Assembly: GCA_965243065.1 (NCBI GenBank)
Contig: CBDETO010000005.1
Span: 1,742,634-1,806,633, forward strand
DNA: 64,000 nt
DNA from: Bdellovibrionales bacterium
GTDB taxonomy: Bacteria; Bdellovibrionota; Bdellovibrionia; Bdellovibrionales; UBA1609
Direction: 5' to 3'
Positions 38,201 to 47,245 of this stretch are shown piece after piece. The position numbers were made by a program, and so were the translations under genes. How positions within the stretch are numbered: the stretch's first letter is position 1; each line of letters begins with the position of its first letter. The notes below the pieces were generated by a model that did no database searches, was not told the origin of the DNA, and saw nothing but the letters and a program-made list of their open reading frames with translations.

Positions 38201-38727
38201 ATTCCCTTTCTTCACTGGATTCAGATTATGAAAGAGCCTTACATAGTTTCAAAAAGCTTTACCACTCTGCTAAACCATTTCGAAAAACGGTTTCTTTAGA
38301 TTCATTGGATTCAGGAATTAAAGCCTTCATACAAACGGCTGATTTTGAAGAAGTAAGAGGTTTAAGAGAATTTATTCAATCTCAAACTATAGAGGAAAAG
38401 AAACAGCAAATATATGAGATGAGTTCCCTTTTAAAAACCCGGTATTTGCCTACAGAAATTAATACCACTGCGTTTAAACTATCTTTATTGCTCACTCTTG
38501 GAATTTTTAGCAATGTTGTTTTTGTCTTTGTATCTGATAAAAGTTTTACTAACCTTACTCTTTTTGATTCTTTATTTTGGTTTGGTCTGTTGGCTCTGAG
38601 CGGATATGCTTATAACCGTCTTAGCTCAAAAAGTCTTTCTGAGCGTATGAAAGATATAAAAAGAAGGGGATCAAATATCAGAAACAAATGCTCCTTAAGT
38701 TTTAGAGGTTTAAAATTAAAAAAATGA
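35251..38727 (+). CDS. Large hypothetical multipass membrane protein (1158 aa)
   Basis: Long ORF with a signal-peptide-like N-terminus and roughly 6-8 hydrophobic segments; no recognisable family motif. Confidence 0.8.
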   Translation: MIKSCLKTGLKIFLSGSLIFMPSYGYSNIETLINRLEAEYRRTQEELPLEFRQASQVLQEMGEAFTENRLGEYIEARPALKTKFDLLSLSNQSVTALDYNERPDFTIHFDEERKSFSSYKRILTNIDVAFNSDGKLVFKGVVVSESTEHNLNKRIGLIHTFEDIEKKDVVDWDYDKEFLVILHKKRGFILYHIMFAYELLGSSPIPSITLPSGNVLNLKKVKLEFIDRTVHPPVKGSHSDVAINLNGNPMFSAGDLLISYEDSENKKRITRVLARSKDLIPAINKKYMILGSLIKVRNLKLDGDTSTSGSALELYLKEILETILSAVLNKNAISSFSKFSELIELMPYFLTYKYVGKNVDRFSHTEWLEDYQRITESAPHLFNGRLKEEGKIISSEEIVKTLRPLVAARQDRQRHKLQKWLNNKLVNFIKEHKVDIGVIAASWILASVQTFSNLSSYKGTGHSTGDAVNNLIFLGIGFLVIVGAAGRFFIPILNKAKQKAPLPGEFKLTLEQIIEKWGASHLRTRDRLAAFGFKVAALLLPLIYRGFQIVGQPHFHKALTQGVNPFERVHPQSYLGRAGDIERPMFLGLGWPRWKVGELYEKKSQLVNLVSEQKKRVERLSRLMAYYALSNQDFDIRVVLTGPFALDQSVDYKDQKLMLDFDYVSYELSKYILKHGRTDFTRSIFEWDVTEINDDFNRKALELAQKVQSISWTRKKVRELRKVVTQNVQKGLAWNTEEARVLMSYYPTPAAADQFWYGLIIDHLALVGFPLTSVTPRGDFYTGSQHTAAIESYTQNRTSAPHLYEAGANITIHDVMSARQQLQFLVLKKNEKLKQLFIKLEELYAPLEKHFNLTKNTPGVWQYTLDSAKYPGNFGEKIYEGKELEERIDAGGLLWKSIKIGARFWSVSMPIMILGREIFTPEYSFYSNVVGTLYFAGAGFIIFGLPQIWTMHHHLVFTKRSQETKEIIDGIKLIDHRIGQKLYDSLSSLDSDYERALHSFKKLYHSAKPFRKTVSLDSLDSGIKAFIQTADFEEVRGLREFIQSQTIEEKKQQIYEMSSLLKTRYLPTEINTTAFKLSLLLTLGIFSNVVFVFVSDKSFTNLTLFDSLFWFGLLALSGYAYNRLSSKSLSERMKDIKRRGSNIRNKCSLSFRGLKLKK

Positions 38728-38793
38728 TATAGTAGCCCCTGTTATACTGAGTTTTGTTTGATTCCCCGCTATTTCGACTCATGTCTTCAGTTA

Positions 38794-39969
38794 TTAATGG
38801 TCTTTACTTAAAGAAGATATGAGGTAAGTGTTAACATACTGAGATACTTTTTTGCTAGAGCCTTTAGGGATGCGGGTTCTCCAATGTTCTATGTACCTGG
38901 GAATGGAATCCCTCAACAAAGCGGGATTCAAAGTTTTTATTTTTTTGTAAGGTTCTTTTATATAACTGGCTAAAAGGCGTAAATTTGTGCCGCCGGGTAA
39001 ATAAAAAATTTCATAAGTGTAAGGCTCTTTTATTTTTAAATAATTAAAACCATAAAGAGGGGGGGCTTTAGCGATAGTGATAGCCGCTATGAGTTGAGGT
39101 ACATATTGACCTGTTTCATAAGGGAAATCATACTTTTGAGCTAGAGACCAAAAATTTTTTGTTTTATATTTTTTAATAAGCCGGGTGAGTTTTTGTTCCC
39201 CCATGTTATAAGCGGCGGCGGCCAGATACCAGTCTCCAAATTGTTTATATAAAAATCGTAAATATTGACTGGCGGCATAGGTGCTTTTTTCAAAATCTTT
39301 TCTTTCGTCCAACCAGGAAGCCTCTCGCAGGCCAAAGCGTGAGGCCGTGGCTTTTATGAATTGCCAATATCCTACAGCTTGAGCAGAACTAATCGCTCCA
39401 GATGAAAAACCACTTTCAATCATGGCTAAATAGGCTAAATCTTCCGGTAAGTTTTGTTTTTTAAAAATTTCTTTCATCATGGGAATGTAACGATAGGATC
39501 GCTCCAACCATAAACGAAAACGGCTTGAATAACGGCTTTGAAAAGCCTGAATCCATTGCTCTACCCAATAATTATGGACAAGGGGGAGATCAGAAAAAGG
39601 GTCTATTAAAATGAGACCCATTCGGTTTGATCCCCGCGAAGCTGGTTCTTGTAGAAGCGAGCGGGATTCCCGCTTTTGCGGGAATGACATTTTCCGCGAA
39701 GCTGGCCCCCGCGCAAACGGAGGGGGGGAATAGGGTTTTCTACTTGTCTTTTTTTCTTTTACGGGAAAAGAGGTTCGAAAGTGGCCTTTTTTTTCTATCT
39801 TTTGTGTAAAAGCAGGAAAAGCAGGAAAAGGAGAAAAACCTATAAATATTATAACAGAAAACAGCGGGAAATATTTTCTTATTATGGAGACCTTTTTTTT
39901 TAAAAATTTTTTCATATTTGTAGCTTTAAATATTTTTTTGTTTATCATGTTTAAAAATAAAAAACCCAT
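38794..39969 (-). CDS. MltD-like lytic murein transglycosylase (SLT domain)
   Basis: LAMIESGF, AVGYWQF, DERKD, LAAAAYNMGE and ETGQYVP motifs; exact start uncertain. Confidence 0.88.
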   Translation of the reverse strand: MGFLFLNMINKKIFKATNMKKFLKKKVSIIRKYFPLFSVIIFIGFSPFPAFPAFTQKIEKKGHFRTSFPVKEKKTSRKPYSPPPFARGPASRKMSFPQKRESRSLLQEPASRGSNRMGLILIDPFSDLPLVHNYWVEQWIQAFQSRYSSRFRLWLERSYRYIPMMKEIFKKQNLPEDLAYLAMIESGFSSGAISSAQAVGYWQFIKATASRFGLREASWLDERKDFEKSTYAASQYLRFLYKQFGDWYLAAAAYNMGEQKLTRLIKKYKTKNFWSLAQKYDFPYETGQYVPQLIAAITIAKAPPLYGFNYLKIKEPYTYEIFYLPGGTNLRLLASYIKEPYKKIKTLNPALLRDSIPRYIEHWRTRIPKGSSKKVSQYVNTYLISSLSKDH

Positions 39970-40526
39970 AAGCTTAGTTTTTGATTTTTTTATATATAAG
40001 ACAAGACAATATGAGTTATGGCCGAAAAGGTCAGAAAACCTCTCTTTTAAGAAGACAGACTTAGCGAGTTTTGTTTTTTATTGGAAAGAGGCGTATGGAA
40101 ACCACAAAATAGATCTTTGCGGAAACAGGGATCAAACCAAATCAGTATAAATTCAAGATATTAATCCCCGTCAGTGTAGTTGTTGCAGAATCGGAAGCTC
40201 TATACCGTCTAACAAAGGTGATGAATAAGGGGATATATTTTTTACACAGATAAAGTAATTCTTTCACACTATATATTATTGTACAAAATTATCAAGGCCA
40301 AATAACAAAGATTGTCAAAATTTTCTTTTCAGAATTGTGGACTCAGTGCAAATAAGATAGGGCTAAAAAGGGAAAAAAAGCACAAACCTATTTTCCGGTT
40401 TCTTTTTATTTTAGAAAAAAAAGCTAAGATAACATGGACTTATTATTTTTAGAGTGCAGAGAGCTTGTGGTAAAAGCGGGAGCTTTTACTTTATGCGTAT
40501 ATATTTTTCAATCTTGTAACATAAAT

Positions 40527-40555
40527 TTGACAAATCATGTAATAAGCATTATTTT
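40527..40555 (+). promoter_or_regulatory. Candidate sigma70 promoter of csrA
   Basis: TTGACA-N17-TATTTT, about 70 bp upstream of the csrA start. Confidence 0.5.
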
Positions 40556-40623
40556 GCAGACAGTTTTGTACTGGGTGTTGATTTGAGGACAGCACAGAAT
40601 ATACGGGGCAAGGAGGTCTAAAA

Positions 40624-40830
40624 ATGTTAGTGCTAACGCGTAAAGTAGGAAGTAGTATTCTCATTGATGGTCAAATAAAAATTCAAGTGGTGCAAATTAA
40701 AGGCCGTCAGGTTCGTTTGGGTATCTCAGCTCCCAAAGAAACTAAAGTTCATCGGGAAGAAATACAACACAAAGCGGTTCCAGAAAAAAGGGAACTACAT
40801 ACATCTCATCAAGAAAGTCTTTCTTTATAA
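40624..40830 (+). CDS. csrA: Carbon storage regulator CsrA
   Basis: MLVLTRK..S and [16 protein letters not shown] motifs; AGGAGG RBS. Confidence 0.95.
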   Translation: MLVLTRKVGSSILIDGQIKIQVVQIKGRQVRLGISAPKETKVHREEIQHKAVPEKRELHTSHQESLSL

Positions 40831-41103
40831 AAAATATTTAGTATATAGAATAGGAATTTTATACCAGATCGGTATAAAGTGTTTTCTTTATGTTATGTCT
40901 GTCTTAGATAGATAATCCTTTATTTTATGGGAAGAGGGCTTAAAAAGTTTATATATTTTTAGTGGAGCATTGAGTAAATTTATCTTTCTAAAAGCCAGGT
41001 AGTATAGTATTTTTACTCTTATTTTGAGTGGATTTATGATAAAGAAATAAAAACTTGATTTCTTACAAAGGCAAGCGCGGTAAGTAATGGGAAGGGGGAG
41101 TAT

Positions 41104-42084
41104 GTGGAAGAAATATTTTTTAAACCTTTAAGTGAAGGATTAGGTTTTTATGACCCTCCCCGCCATTTTGATATGTCAGGTTCTGCTAAAAAAACAGACC
41201 GCTCCAGGCAGGAATGGGCAAGCTCTGAACCCCGTTCACCTTCGAGAGGAAGCTTGCAGAACCCACAAAATTCAAACCAGATCAGTGTAACTGATTTACA
41301 GAAAAAGAATTTTTTACCTTCGGAGGAATGGCCTGATTCCCTTCTATCGGGAACTTTAGACTTGGACGATTCGCAAAATTATGAGCACCTTATATCTCTT
41401 TTGGAAAAACCTTGGTTAGGAAAAAAAAGCACTCAAATGCCCTCTGTGTCGCCAGTAAAAACCACTATAGACCGCACCAGTCAGGAAGGGGCGAACTCTG
41501 AACCCCGTTCACCCTTGGAAGGAAGCTTGCAGCACCCACAAAGGGCAAGCCAGGTCACTGTATCAGCTCCGGGCCAGCAGGATATTTCAAATAAAAATAT
41601 TTTAAACAGCTCTACCTTAAATGAAAATAAGGATAAGAAAAGTAAAATCCCCTCGCTTCTTAAAAAAACATTTTATTTTTCTTTAAAAGCTTATCTAGTG
41701 GATGCTTTTGTTATTTCTTTGTTATTTTTCCCTCCTTTTGTTTTGTTCGTGTTTCTAACTCAACCCGCTCCTATAGCTGTATTGCCCTCGGTCTGGTTCC
41801 AGATGCTGTTGGTTTTTCTCTGTTTTTCTCAGATTTACTATCTTCTATGTCGTTTGTTTTGTTTTGAAACCTACGGAGAAACTCTTGCTAAAATAAGACT
41901 TTGCCATTTAGATTCCTCAAAAGAGGTGCATCCCTATAGGTTGCTTTTGCGATTTTTTATTTCTTGCGCCACCGGTTTTATTTTTCTCCCTTTGTTGTCT
42001 CTTATCTTTAGGCGGGATTTTATGGCTCGTTTAACTGGTCTTTATTTTCAAAAAATAGAGATAAACCTTGGAGAATCAAGTTGA
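41104..42084 (+). CDS. RDD-family-like membrane protein with a long N-terminal linker
   Basis: [11 protein letters not shown]-terminus; C-terminal TM region with AYLVD and ETYGE; contains two family C insertions. Confidence 0.65.
   Translation: MEEIFFKPLSEGLGFYDPPRHFDMSGSAKKTDRSRQEWASSEPRSPSRGSLQNPQNSNQISVTDLQKKNFLPSEEWPDSLLSGTLDLDDSQNYEHLISLLEKPWLGKKSTQMPSVSPVKTTIDRTSQEGANSEPRSPLEGSLQHPQRASQVTVSAPGQQDISNKNILNSSTLNENKDKKSKIPSLLKKTFYFSLKAYLVDAFVISLLFFPPFVLFVFLTQPAPIAVLPSVWFQMLLVFLCFSQIYYLLCRLFCFETYGETLAKIRLCHLDSSKEVHPYRLLLRFFISCATGFIFLPLLSLIFRRDFMARLTGLYFQKIEINLGESS
41195..41289 (+). mobile_element. 95-bp family C element, in frame
   Basis: Encodes [31 protein letters not shown]. Confidence 0.7.
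41468..41562 (+). mobile_element. 95-bp family C element, in frame
   Basis: TA-bounded; encodes [31 protein letters not shown]. Confidence 0.7.
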
Positions 42085-42923
42085 AAAAAAAGAATGAAGT
42101 GTCACAAAAACTATGGGCTGTTGTTAAAAAATACCGGGATATTCGATTAGAGAAGACCCAGGACGGGGTGGCTAAAATCACTATTTGTAGGCCAGAGGTG
42201 CACAATGCCTTTCGTCCTCAGACAGTCAAAGAAATGAAAGCCGCCTTTGAGTGGGTGCGAGAGGAACCCTCTATTGGAGTAGTGATTTTAACAGGGGAGG
42301 GTTTTAAGGCTTTTTGTGCGGGAGGCGATCAAAAAACGCGCTCAAAAGGGGGGTATGTGGGAACAGATGGAGTTCCCAGGCTGAATATTTTGGATGTGCA
42401 AAAACAGATTCGCCATTTACCTAAACCGGTAATAGCTATGGTAGCGGGTTACGCTATTGGAGGGGGGCATGTGCTTCATGTGGTGTGTGACCTCACTATT
42501 TGTTCCGTTAATGCCCGTTTTGGTCAAACGGGGCCGAAAGTGGGATCTTTTGATGGGGGCTTAGGGAGTGCTTATTTAGCCCGGATCGTAGGGCAGAAAA
42601 AAGCAAGAGAAATATGGTACTTGTGTCGTCAATATGGAGCTAAAGAAGCTTTACAGATGGGCCTGGTTAATTGTGTTGTACCTTATAAGGAGTTGGAAAC
42701 GGAAACATTAAAATGGTGTAGAGAGATATTAAAACACTCTCCTATGGCCCTTCGATGTTTAAAAGCTGCTTTAAATGCGGACTGTGATGGACAGCAAGGC
42801 TTAATGGATCTAGCGGGTAATGCCACTTTGCTTTATTATCTTAGTGAGGAAGCTCAAGAAGGAAAAAAAGCTTTTTTAGAAAAAAGAAAACCCGACTTTT
42901 CCCAATTTCCTCGTTATCCTTAA
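42081..42923 (+). CDS. menB: 1,4-dihydroxy-2-naphthoyl-CoA synthase
   Basis: [31 protein letters not shown] and [11 protein letters not shown] motifs. Confidence 0.97.
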   Translation: MKKKNEVSQKLWAVVKKYRDIRLEKTQDGVAKITICRPEVHNAFRPQTVKEMKAAFEWVREEPSIGVVILTGEGFKAFCAGGDQKTRSKGGYVGTDGVPRLNILDVQKQIRHLPKPVIAMVAGYAIGGGHVLHVVCDLTICSVNARFGQTGPKVGSFDGGLGSAYLARIVGQKKAREIWYLCRQYGAKEALQMGLVNCVVPYKELETETLKWCREILKHSPMALRCLKAALNADCDGQQGLMDLAGNATLLYYLSEEAQEGKKAFLEKRKPDFSQFPRYP

Positions 42924-43046
42924 ATAGTTGTTTCTAAAAAAATCCGGACAGTTTGGTTTTATTTATAGTGTTGTTGTTTTAAAGGAATAATTTAAATGAA
43001 AAAAAGCTTCTTTCGTTTAATTTTTTTTAAGGACGACTGAATATGG

Positions 43047-43973
43047 GTGAACAGAGTGCCGGAAAGCGCGAATTTGATACCGGTTTGGTATAAAAAAAAA
43101 ATTTTGGGATGGTGTTTATCCATTCGTTTTAAGCCTCTCATTGTGGGTGTAGGACCTGTTTTTATTGGTATTAGCCTCTCTTTTTCCGGGTGGGATCATT
43201 TTTCCTGGTTGTTAAATGGGTCTATTCTGTTTTGTATTTTTTGTATTCAAACCGCCACGCATTTTTTTAATGATGCTTTTGATTTTCTAAAAGGCGCGGA
43301 TAATATTTCCCGGAAAGGTCCAAAAAGAGCTATCCAAAAAGGATGGCTCACTCCCTCCCAATTATTTAAAGGTGGTGTTTTTTGTTTATTTCTAGCTACG
43401 CTGGTCGGGGGGTATTTGGTGTGGCAAGGAGGCTGGCCGGTTTTTTGTATAGGTGTTGTTAGTTTGGCTTTAGCTTATTTTTATACCGGCGGGTCTTATT
43501 CTCTGGCCTATACTGGATTAGCTGATATCTTTGTGCTTTTATTTTTTGGTCTCCTTCCTGTAGCAGCGGTGTTTTATCTCAATACAGGTTATTGGGACGA
43601 AGGTTCTATTGTAGCTGGTCTTCAATGTGGTTTTTTAGCTTTAAGTCTTTTAGTGGTTAATAATCTAAGAGATGAAGAAGAAGACAGAAAGGCAAAGAAA
43701 AAAACCTTAGTGGTAAGATGGGGGCGAAAATTTGGAATTTGGGAGTGGACTCTAGCCCATTACCTCCCTTACTTACTTACTTCTTATTGGTTTTTTAAAA
43801 GTGTAGGTAGGATGGCATTTCTTCCTTTTGTTCTTTTTCCGTTTTCGATATATTTGCATTCTCTTTTGTATAAAGCTTTTAAAAAAGAGAATATTTATAG
43901 CCGGGTTTTTGCTTTCACTTTACTGCATTACTTATTGTTTGTTTCTTTGCTCTCTTTTTGTTTTGTTTTTTAA
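43047..43973 (+). CDS. menA: 1,4-dihydroxy-2-naphthoate prenyltransferase
   Basis: NDAFDFLKGAD, YTGG and NNLRD..ED..KKTL motifs. Confidence 0.92.
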   Translation: MNRVPESANLIPVWYKKKILGWCLSIRFKPLIVGVGPVFIGISLSFSGWDHFSWLLNGSILFCIFCIQTATHFFNDAFDFLKGADNISRKGPKRAIQKGWLTPSQLFKGGVFCLFLATLVGGYLVWQGGWPVFCIGVVSLALAYFYTGGSYSLAYTGLADIFVLLFFGLLPVAAVFYLNTGYWDEGSIVAGLQCGFLALSLLVVNNLRDEEEDRKAKKKTLVVRWGRKFGIWEWTLAHYLPYLLTSYWFFKSVGRMAFLPFVLFPFSIYLHSLLYKAFKKENIYSRVFAFTLLHYLLFVSLLSFCFVF

Positions 43974-44046
43974 GAAAATGGAATATACTATTTAGATATT
44001 TTATACCGGACTGGTATAAGATAGACGAAGAAAAAGGAGGCTAAAT

Positions 44047-44505
44047 TTGGGTGTTTTTCCTGTTTTTGTGTTTTTTATATCTGTGTTTGTGTATTGTGCT
44101 TCTCCTGGGGGTACTGAGGGTAGCGGAGGTTCAGAGAGTCGTTCTCCATCGCAAGTACGGATAGAAAAAGGGGGTGATCCTGCCAAGATTACCACTTGTG
44201 TTCCGGGAATGTCAGGTTGTGTCTCTGGCGGAACAGAGTTGGTCGCTATACAGGAAGCGAAGATGGTAGATTATAATGAAGACTTCTTTTTCTATCACGA
44301 AACAGCAGAATCAATGGGACTTGTGGTCGGGAGATGTGCCAGCTTCAAGGTCCAGCGGGATAAGTTAAGTGATGAAGTAGATCAGTTTTTGGAGCAAGGC
44401 TGGAAGAAAGGGCACACTACTAAGGTATCATTTCATAAAAATAGTGTCCTTAGTTGTCCCTTAGCTCCCCCTGATTTTTGTACTCCCTGTGAACCGTCAG
44501 AATAG
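44047..44505 (+). CDS. Hypothetical Cys-containing (lipo)protein
   Basis: AGGAGG RBS, hydrophobic N-terminus followed by Cys, 152 aa. Confidence 0.6.
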   Translation: MGVFPVFVFFISVFVYCASPGGTEGSGGSESRSPSQVRIEKGGDPAKITTCVPGMSGCVSGGTELVAIQEAKMVDYNEDFFFYHETAESMGLVVGRCASFKVQRDKLSDEVDQFLEQGWKKGHTTKVSFHKNSVLSCPLAPPDFCTPCEPSE

Positions 44506-44548
44506 GGGTTATAGATAGTTATTTCTGTTCGGTAAAAAATGTCGAAGA

Positions 44549-45541
44549 GTGTATATGGACCTGCTGTTAAAAAGTTCCGTAAGAAGTATATGGTTTGCAC
44601 CTTATGAATTAAAAGTAAAAAAAACCAGACAGATTCGTTATGGTTCTTTATTAAAAGTGGAGTTTAGGGATGGAAAGACAGGTCACGCTGATCTCCATCC
44701 CTGGCCGGAAAAGGGCGAAGCTCCTTTAAAAACGCATTTGGAAAAACTAAGAAAAAAAGAATTTACAAACTTATGTTTAAGGGCCTTGGCTATTGCCAGA
44801 GCAGAAGCTCAAGCCTATACAGAAGGATTTAACTTGTTGAGTTCTTTAAAAGTTCCTTTAAGTCATTATCTTATTTTAGATGTGGAAAATTTATGTAATG
44901 TGGATAGGATATTAAATCAGGGTTTTCGCATTTTTAAAGTAAAGTTAAATAATCCTTTAAAAAGACAAACACAAAAGCTTTTAAGGTGGATGCAGGATTT
45001 AGGTTCTCTTGTTAAGTGGCGTTTGGATTTTCATATAATATTAAATGAGCAGCAATGGCGGCAATGGAGCGAGGAATATTTAGTTAAAATGGATCCTCGG
45101 TATTTGGATTTTATAGAAGTGCCTTTTGAGTATCAAGAGTGTTTGTGGAGGCAATACAAAGAATATCCTTTGGCTTTAGATGTATGGGATGGAAAAAATA
45201 CCTTGCCTGTATCTACTTTGGTGTGGAAAAACTCCAGAAAGAGTAGGCAGGAGTTACTTAGGAAAAAGAGTGCTAACTTATTTCAAAGAGTGATTTTTAC
45301 TCATAGCCTTTCTCATCCCTTAGATCAGCTTTCCAGTGCTTACTTTGCCGCTCGCTTTTATAAAATCTATCCTTATTTAAAGGAAGTATGTGGCTTGGTT
45401 CAAAAGGATGTTTATGAAAATCACGAGTTCACTTTACCTGATAAGGGGCCTTTCTTCCCTCGTCTTGCCGGAAAAGGCTGGGGAGGGGTTTTATCCCTGG
45501 ATCGTCTTTCTTGGAAAAGATTTTTTTCAAGGTTTGGCTAA
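44549..45541 (+). CDS. menC: o-succinylbenzoate synthase (enolase superfamily)
   Basis: DLHPWPEKG, FKVK, RLDF, FIEVP and LALD motifs; men gene context. Confidence 0.75.
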   Translation: MYMDLLLKSSVRSIWFAPYELKVKKTRQIRYGSLLKVEFRDGKTGHADLHPWPEKGEAPLKTHLEKLRKKEFTNLCLRALAIARAEAQAYTEGFNLLSSLKVPLSHYLILDVENLCNVDRILNQGFRIFKVKLNNPLKRQTQKLLRWMQDLGSLVKWRLDFHIILNEQQWRQWSEEYLVKMDPRYLDFIEVPFEYQECLWRQYKEYPLALDVWDGKNTLPVSTLVWKNSRKSRQELLRKKSANLFQRVIFTHSLSHPLDQLSSAYFAARFYKIYPYLKEVCGLVQKDVYENHEFTLPDKGPFFPRLAGKGWGGVLSLDRLSWKRFFSRFG

Positions 45542-45548
45542 TGAGAGT

Positions 45549-45798
45549 AAGGGGCTGTAAAGTGACAAAAAAAAGAATACCCGCAGGGGAAATAATGCCA
45601 TTATCTCGATCTATCTTCAAGGGGCTGTAAAGTGACAAAAAAAAGAATACCCGCAGGGGAAATAATGCCATTATCTCGATCTATCTTCAAGGGGCTGTAA
45701 AGTGACAAAAAAAAGAATACCCGCAGGGGAAATAATGCCATTATCTCGATCTATCTTCAAGGGGCTGTAAAGTGACAAAAAAAAGAATACCCGCAGGG
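45549..45798 (+). repeat. 70-bp perfect tandem repeat (3.6 copies) duplicating the menE start region
   Basis: Units at 45549, 45619, 45689 and 45759. Each contains AAGGGG, GTG and the first codons of menE. Confidence 0.95.
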
Positions 45799-46989
45799 TA
45801 TAAAATTAATCCTTCTCGAGTGGATTGGGAATCGGAAAACTCCCTCCTTTTTTTTAATGAGCGACATGCAAAAAAAGATATTTTTGTGTCCTCTTTATCT
45901 CATCTTCCTTATTTAAAGTCGCATATATGGTTAGCTACCTCTGGTCGGGTTTGTCAAAAATGGGTGGCTCTTTCCAAAGAAGCTTTGCTGATTTCCGCTC
46001 AAGCGGTTAATCAGCATCTTCAGGTGAGGGCAGAGGATCGTTGGGGGCTTTGCCTGCCTTTGTTTCATGTAGGAGGTTTAGCTATTTTAGCTCGTGCTCA
46101 TCTCTCTCATAGTTCTTACTTTTTGTTTCAGGAGAAATGGTCTGCTGCTTCTTTCCTGGCCTTTTTAAATCGAAACAAGATCACTTTAAGTTCCCTCGTT
46201 CCTGCGCAAGTTTATGATATAGTAAGAGCAAAGCTTCCTTGTCCTTCTTTTTTAAGGGCAGTGGTCGTGGGAGGAGAAAGTTTAAGTCCTATCCTTTACC
46301 CTGCCGCCCGGAAGTTAAATTGGCCCTTACTACCGTCTTATGGTCTTACGGAATGCGCTTCTCAGGTGGCGACAGCCGAGTTAGACACTCTTATACCGAA
46401 CCGATGCGGCTTCGCAAGGGGCATACCAGATCAGTATAATAAAATGGAAATGCCAAAAATGAAAATCCTTTCTCATGCTCAACTTAAAATCGTTCATCAA
46501 GAAATTGGGATTCGATCCCGTAGTCTCCTTAGTGGTTTTGTACCTCTTTTGCCTTCGTCTTCTCGTTTAGAGTTTCAAAACCCCGGCCCGGGTGGATGGT
46601 ACTTTACAGGAGATAAAGGCTCTTTAGAAGGGGCTTTTTTACAAGTAGATAACTCAGCTCAAATAAAAATATTGGGTGAGAAAATAAATCTAGGAGATTT
46701 AGAAGAGACATTGATGAATGTTGTATTAAAAAAAAAGGAAATATCAGGGCGATATATTCTTCTCCCTGTGCCCAGTGAAAGAGAAGGGTTTCAAATAGCT
46801 CTTATTTCAGATGTTTTTTACAGACCCATTTTAGCTGATCTTATTCAGGAATTTAATAAGAAAGTTTCTCCTTTTGAAAGGATTAGAAAGTTTTATTTCG
46901 TTCCTCAATTAACTTTTACTGATATTTCCAAACTTTCTAAGCCAGCTTTACTTGAAAAAATGGCCTTCTCTTCAGAAAAGCTGTTTTGA
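45772..46989 (+). CDS. menE: o-succinylbenzoate-CoA ligase (AMP-binding family)
   Basis: ATSG, LPLFHVGGL, SLVPAQ, SYGLTECASQ and TGDKG motifs. Confidence 0.85.
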   Translation: MTKKRIPAGYKINPSRVDWESENSLLFFNERHAKKDIFVSSLSHLPYLKSHIWLATSGRVCQKWVALSKEALLISAQAVNQHLQVRAEDRWGLCLPLFHVGGLAILARAHLSHSSYFLFQEKWSAASFLAFLNRNKITLSSLVPAQVYDIVRAKLPCPSFLRAVVVGGESLSPILYPAARKLNWPLLPSYGLTECASQVATAELDTLIPNRCGFARGIPDQYNKMEMPKMKILSHAQLKIVHQEIGIRSRSLLSGFVPLLPSSSRLEFQNPGPGGWYFTGDKGSLEGAFLQVDNSAQIKILGEKINLGDLEETLMNVVLKKKEISGRYILLPVPSEREGFQIALISDVFYRPILADLIQEFNKKVSPFERIRKFYFVPQLTFTDISKLSKPALLEKMAFSSEKLF

Positions 46990-47245
46990 CCCCCCTTTCC
47001 TTTCTTTTGTTTGTTTTTTGGGCTATATTGTACTTGTCTGGTTTGTTCCCCGCGAAGCCCCTTTTTTTCTATACCTAGGGGGTATAATAAGCGGCTGGGG
47101 AGGGACAAAAAAATAAGGCCCTTTGGGTATAAAGGCTTGGCTGTTAAGAGGAAGAGGCCGGGAAGCCACAAAAAAATAATACCCCTTGTGGGTATTGTAT
47201 AGAAGAGAAAACGGGAAAAATAGAGCAGCAGAGGGTTGTGAGTTA

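Noticed and set aside
45549-45798. Possible CRISPR array (70-bp period)
   Set aside because: The would-be spacers are identical, the unit is the menE start region, and there are no cas genes in the window.
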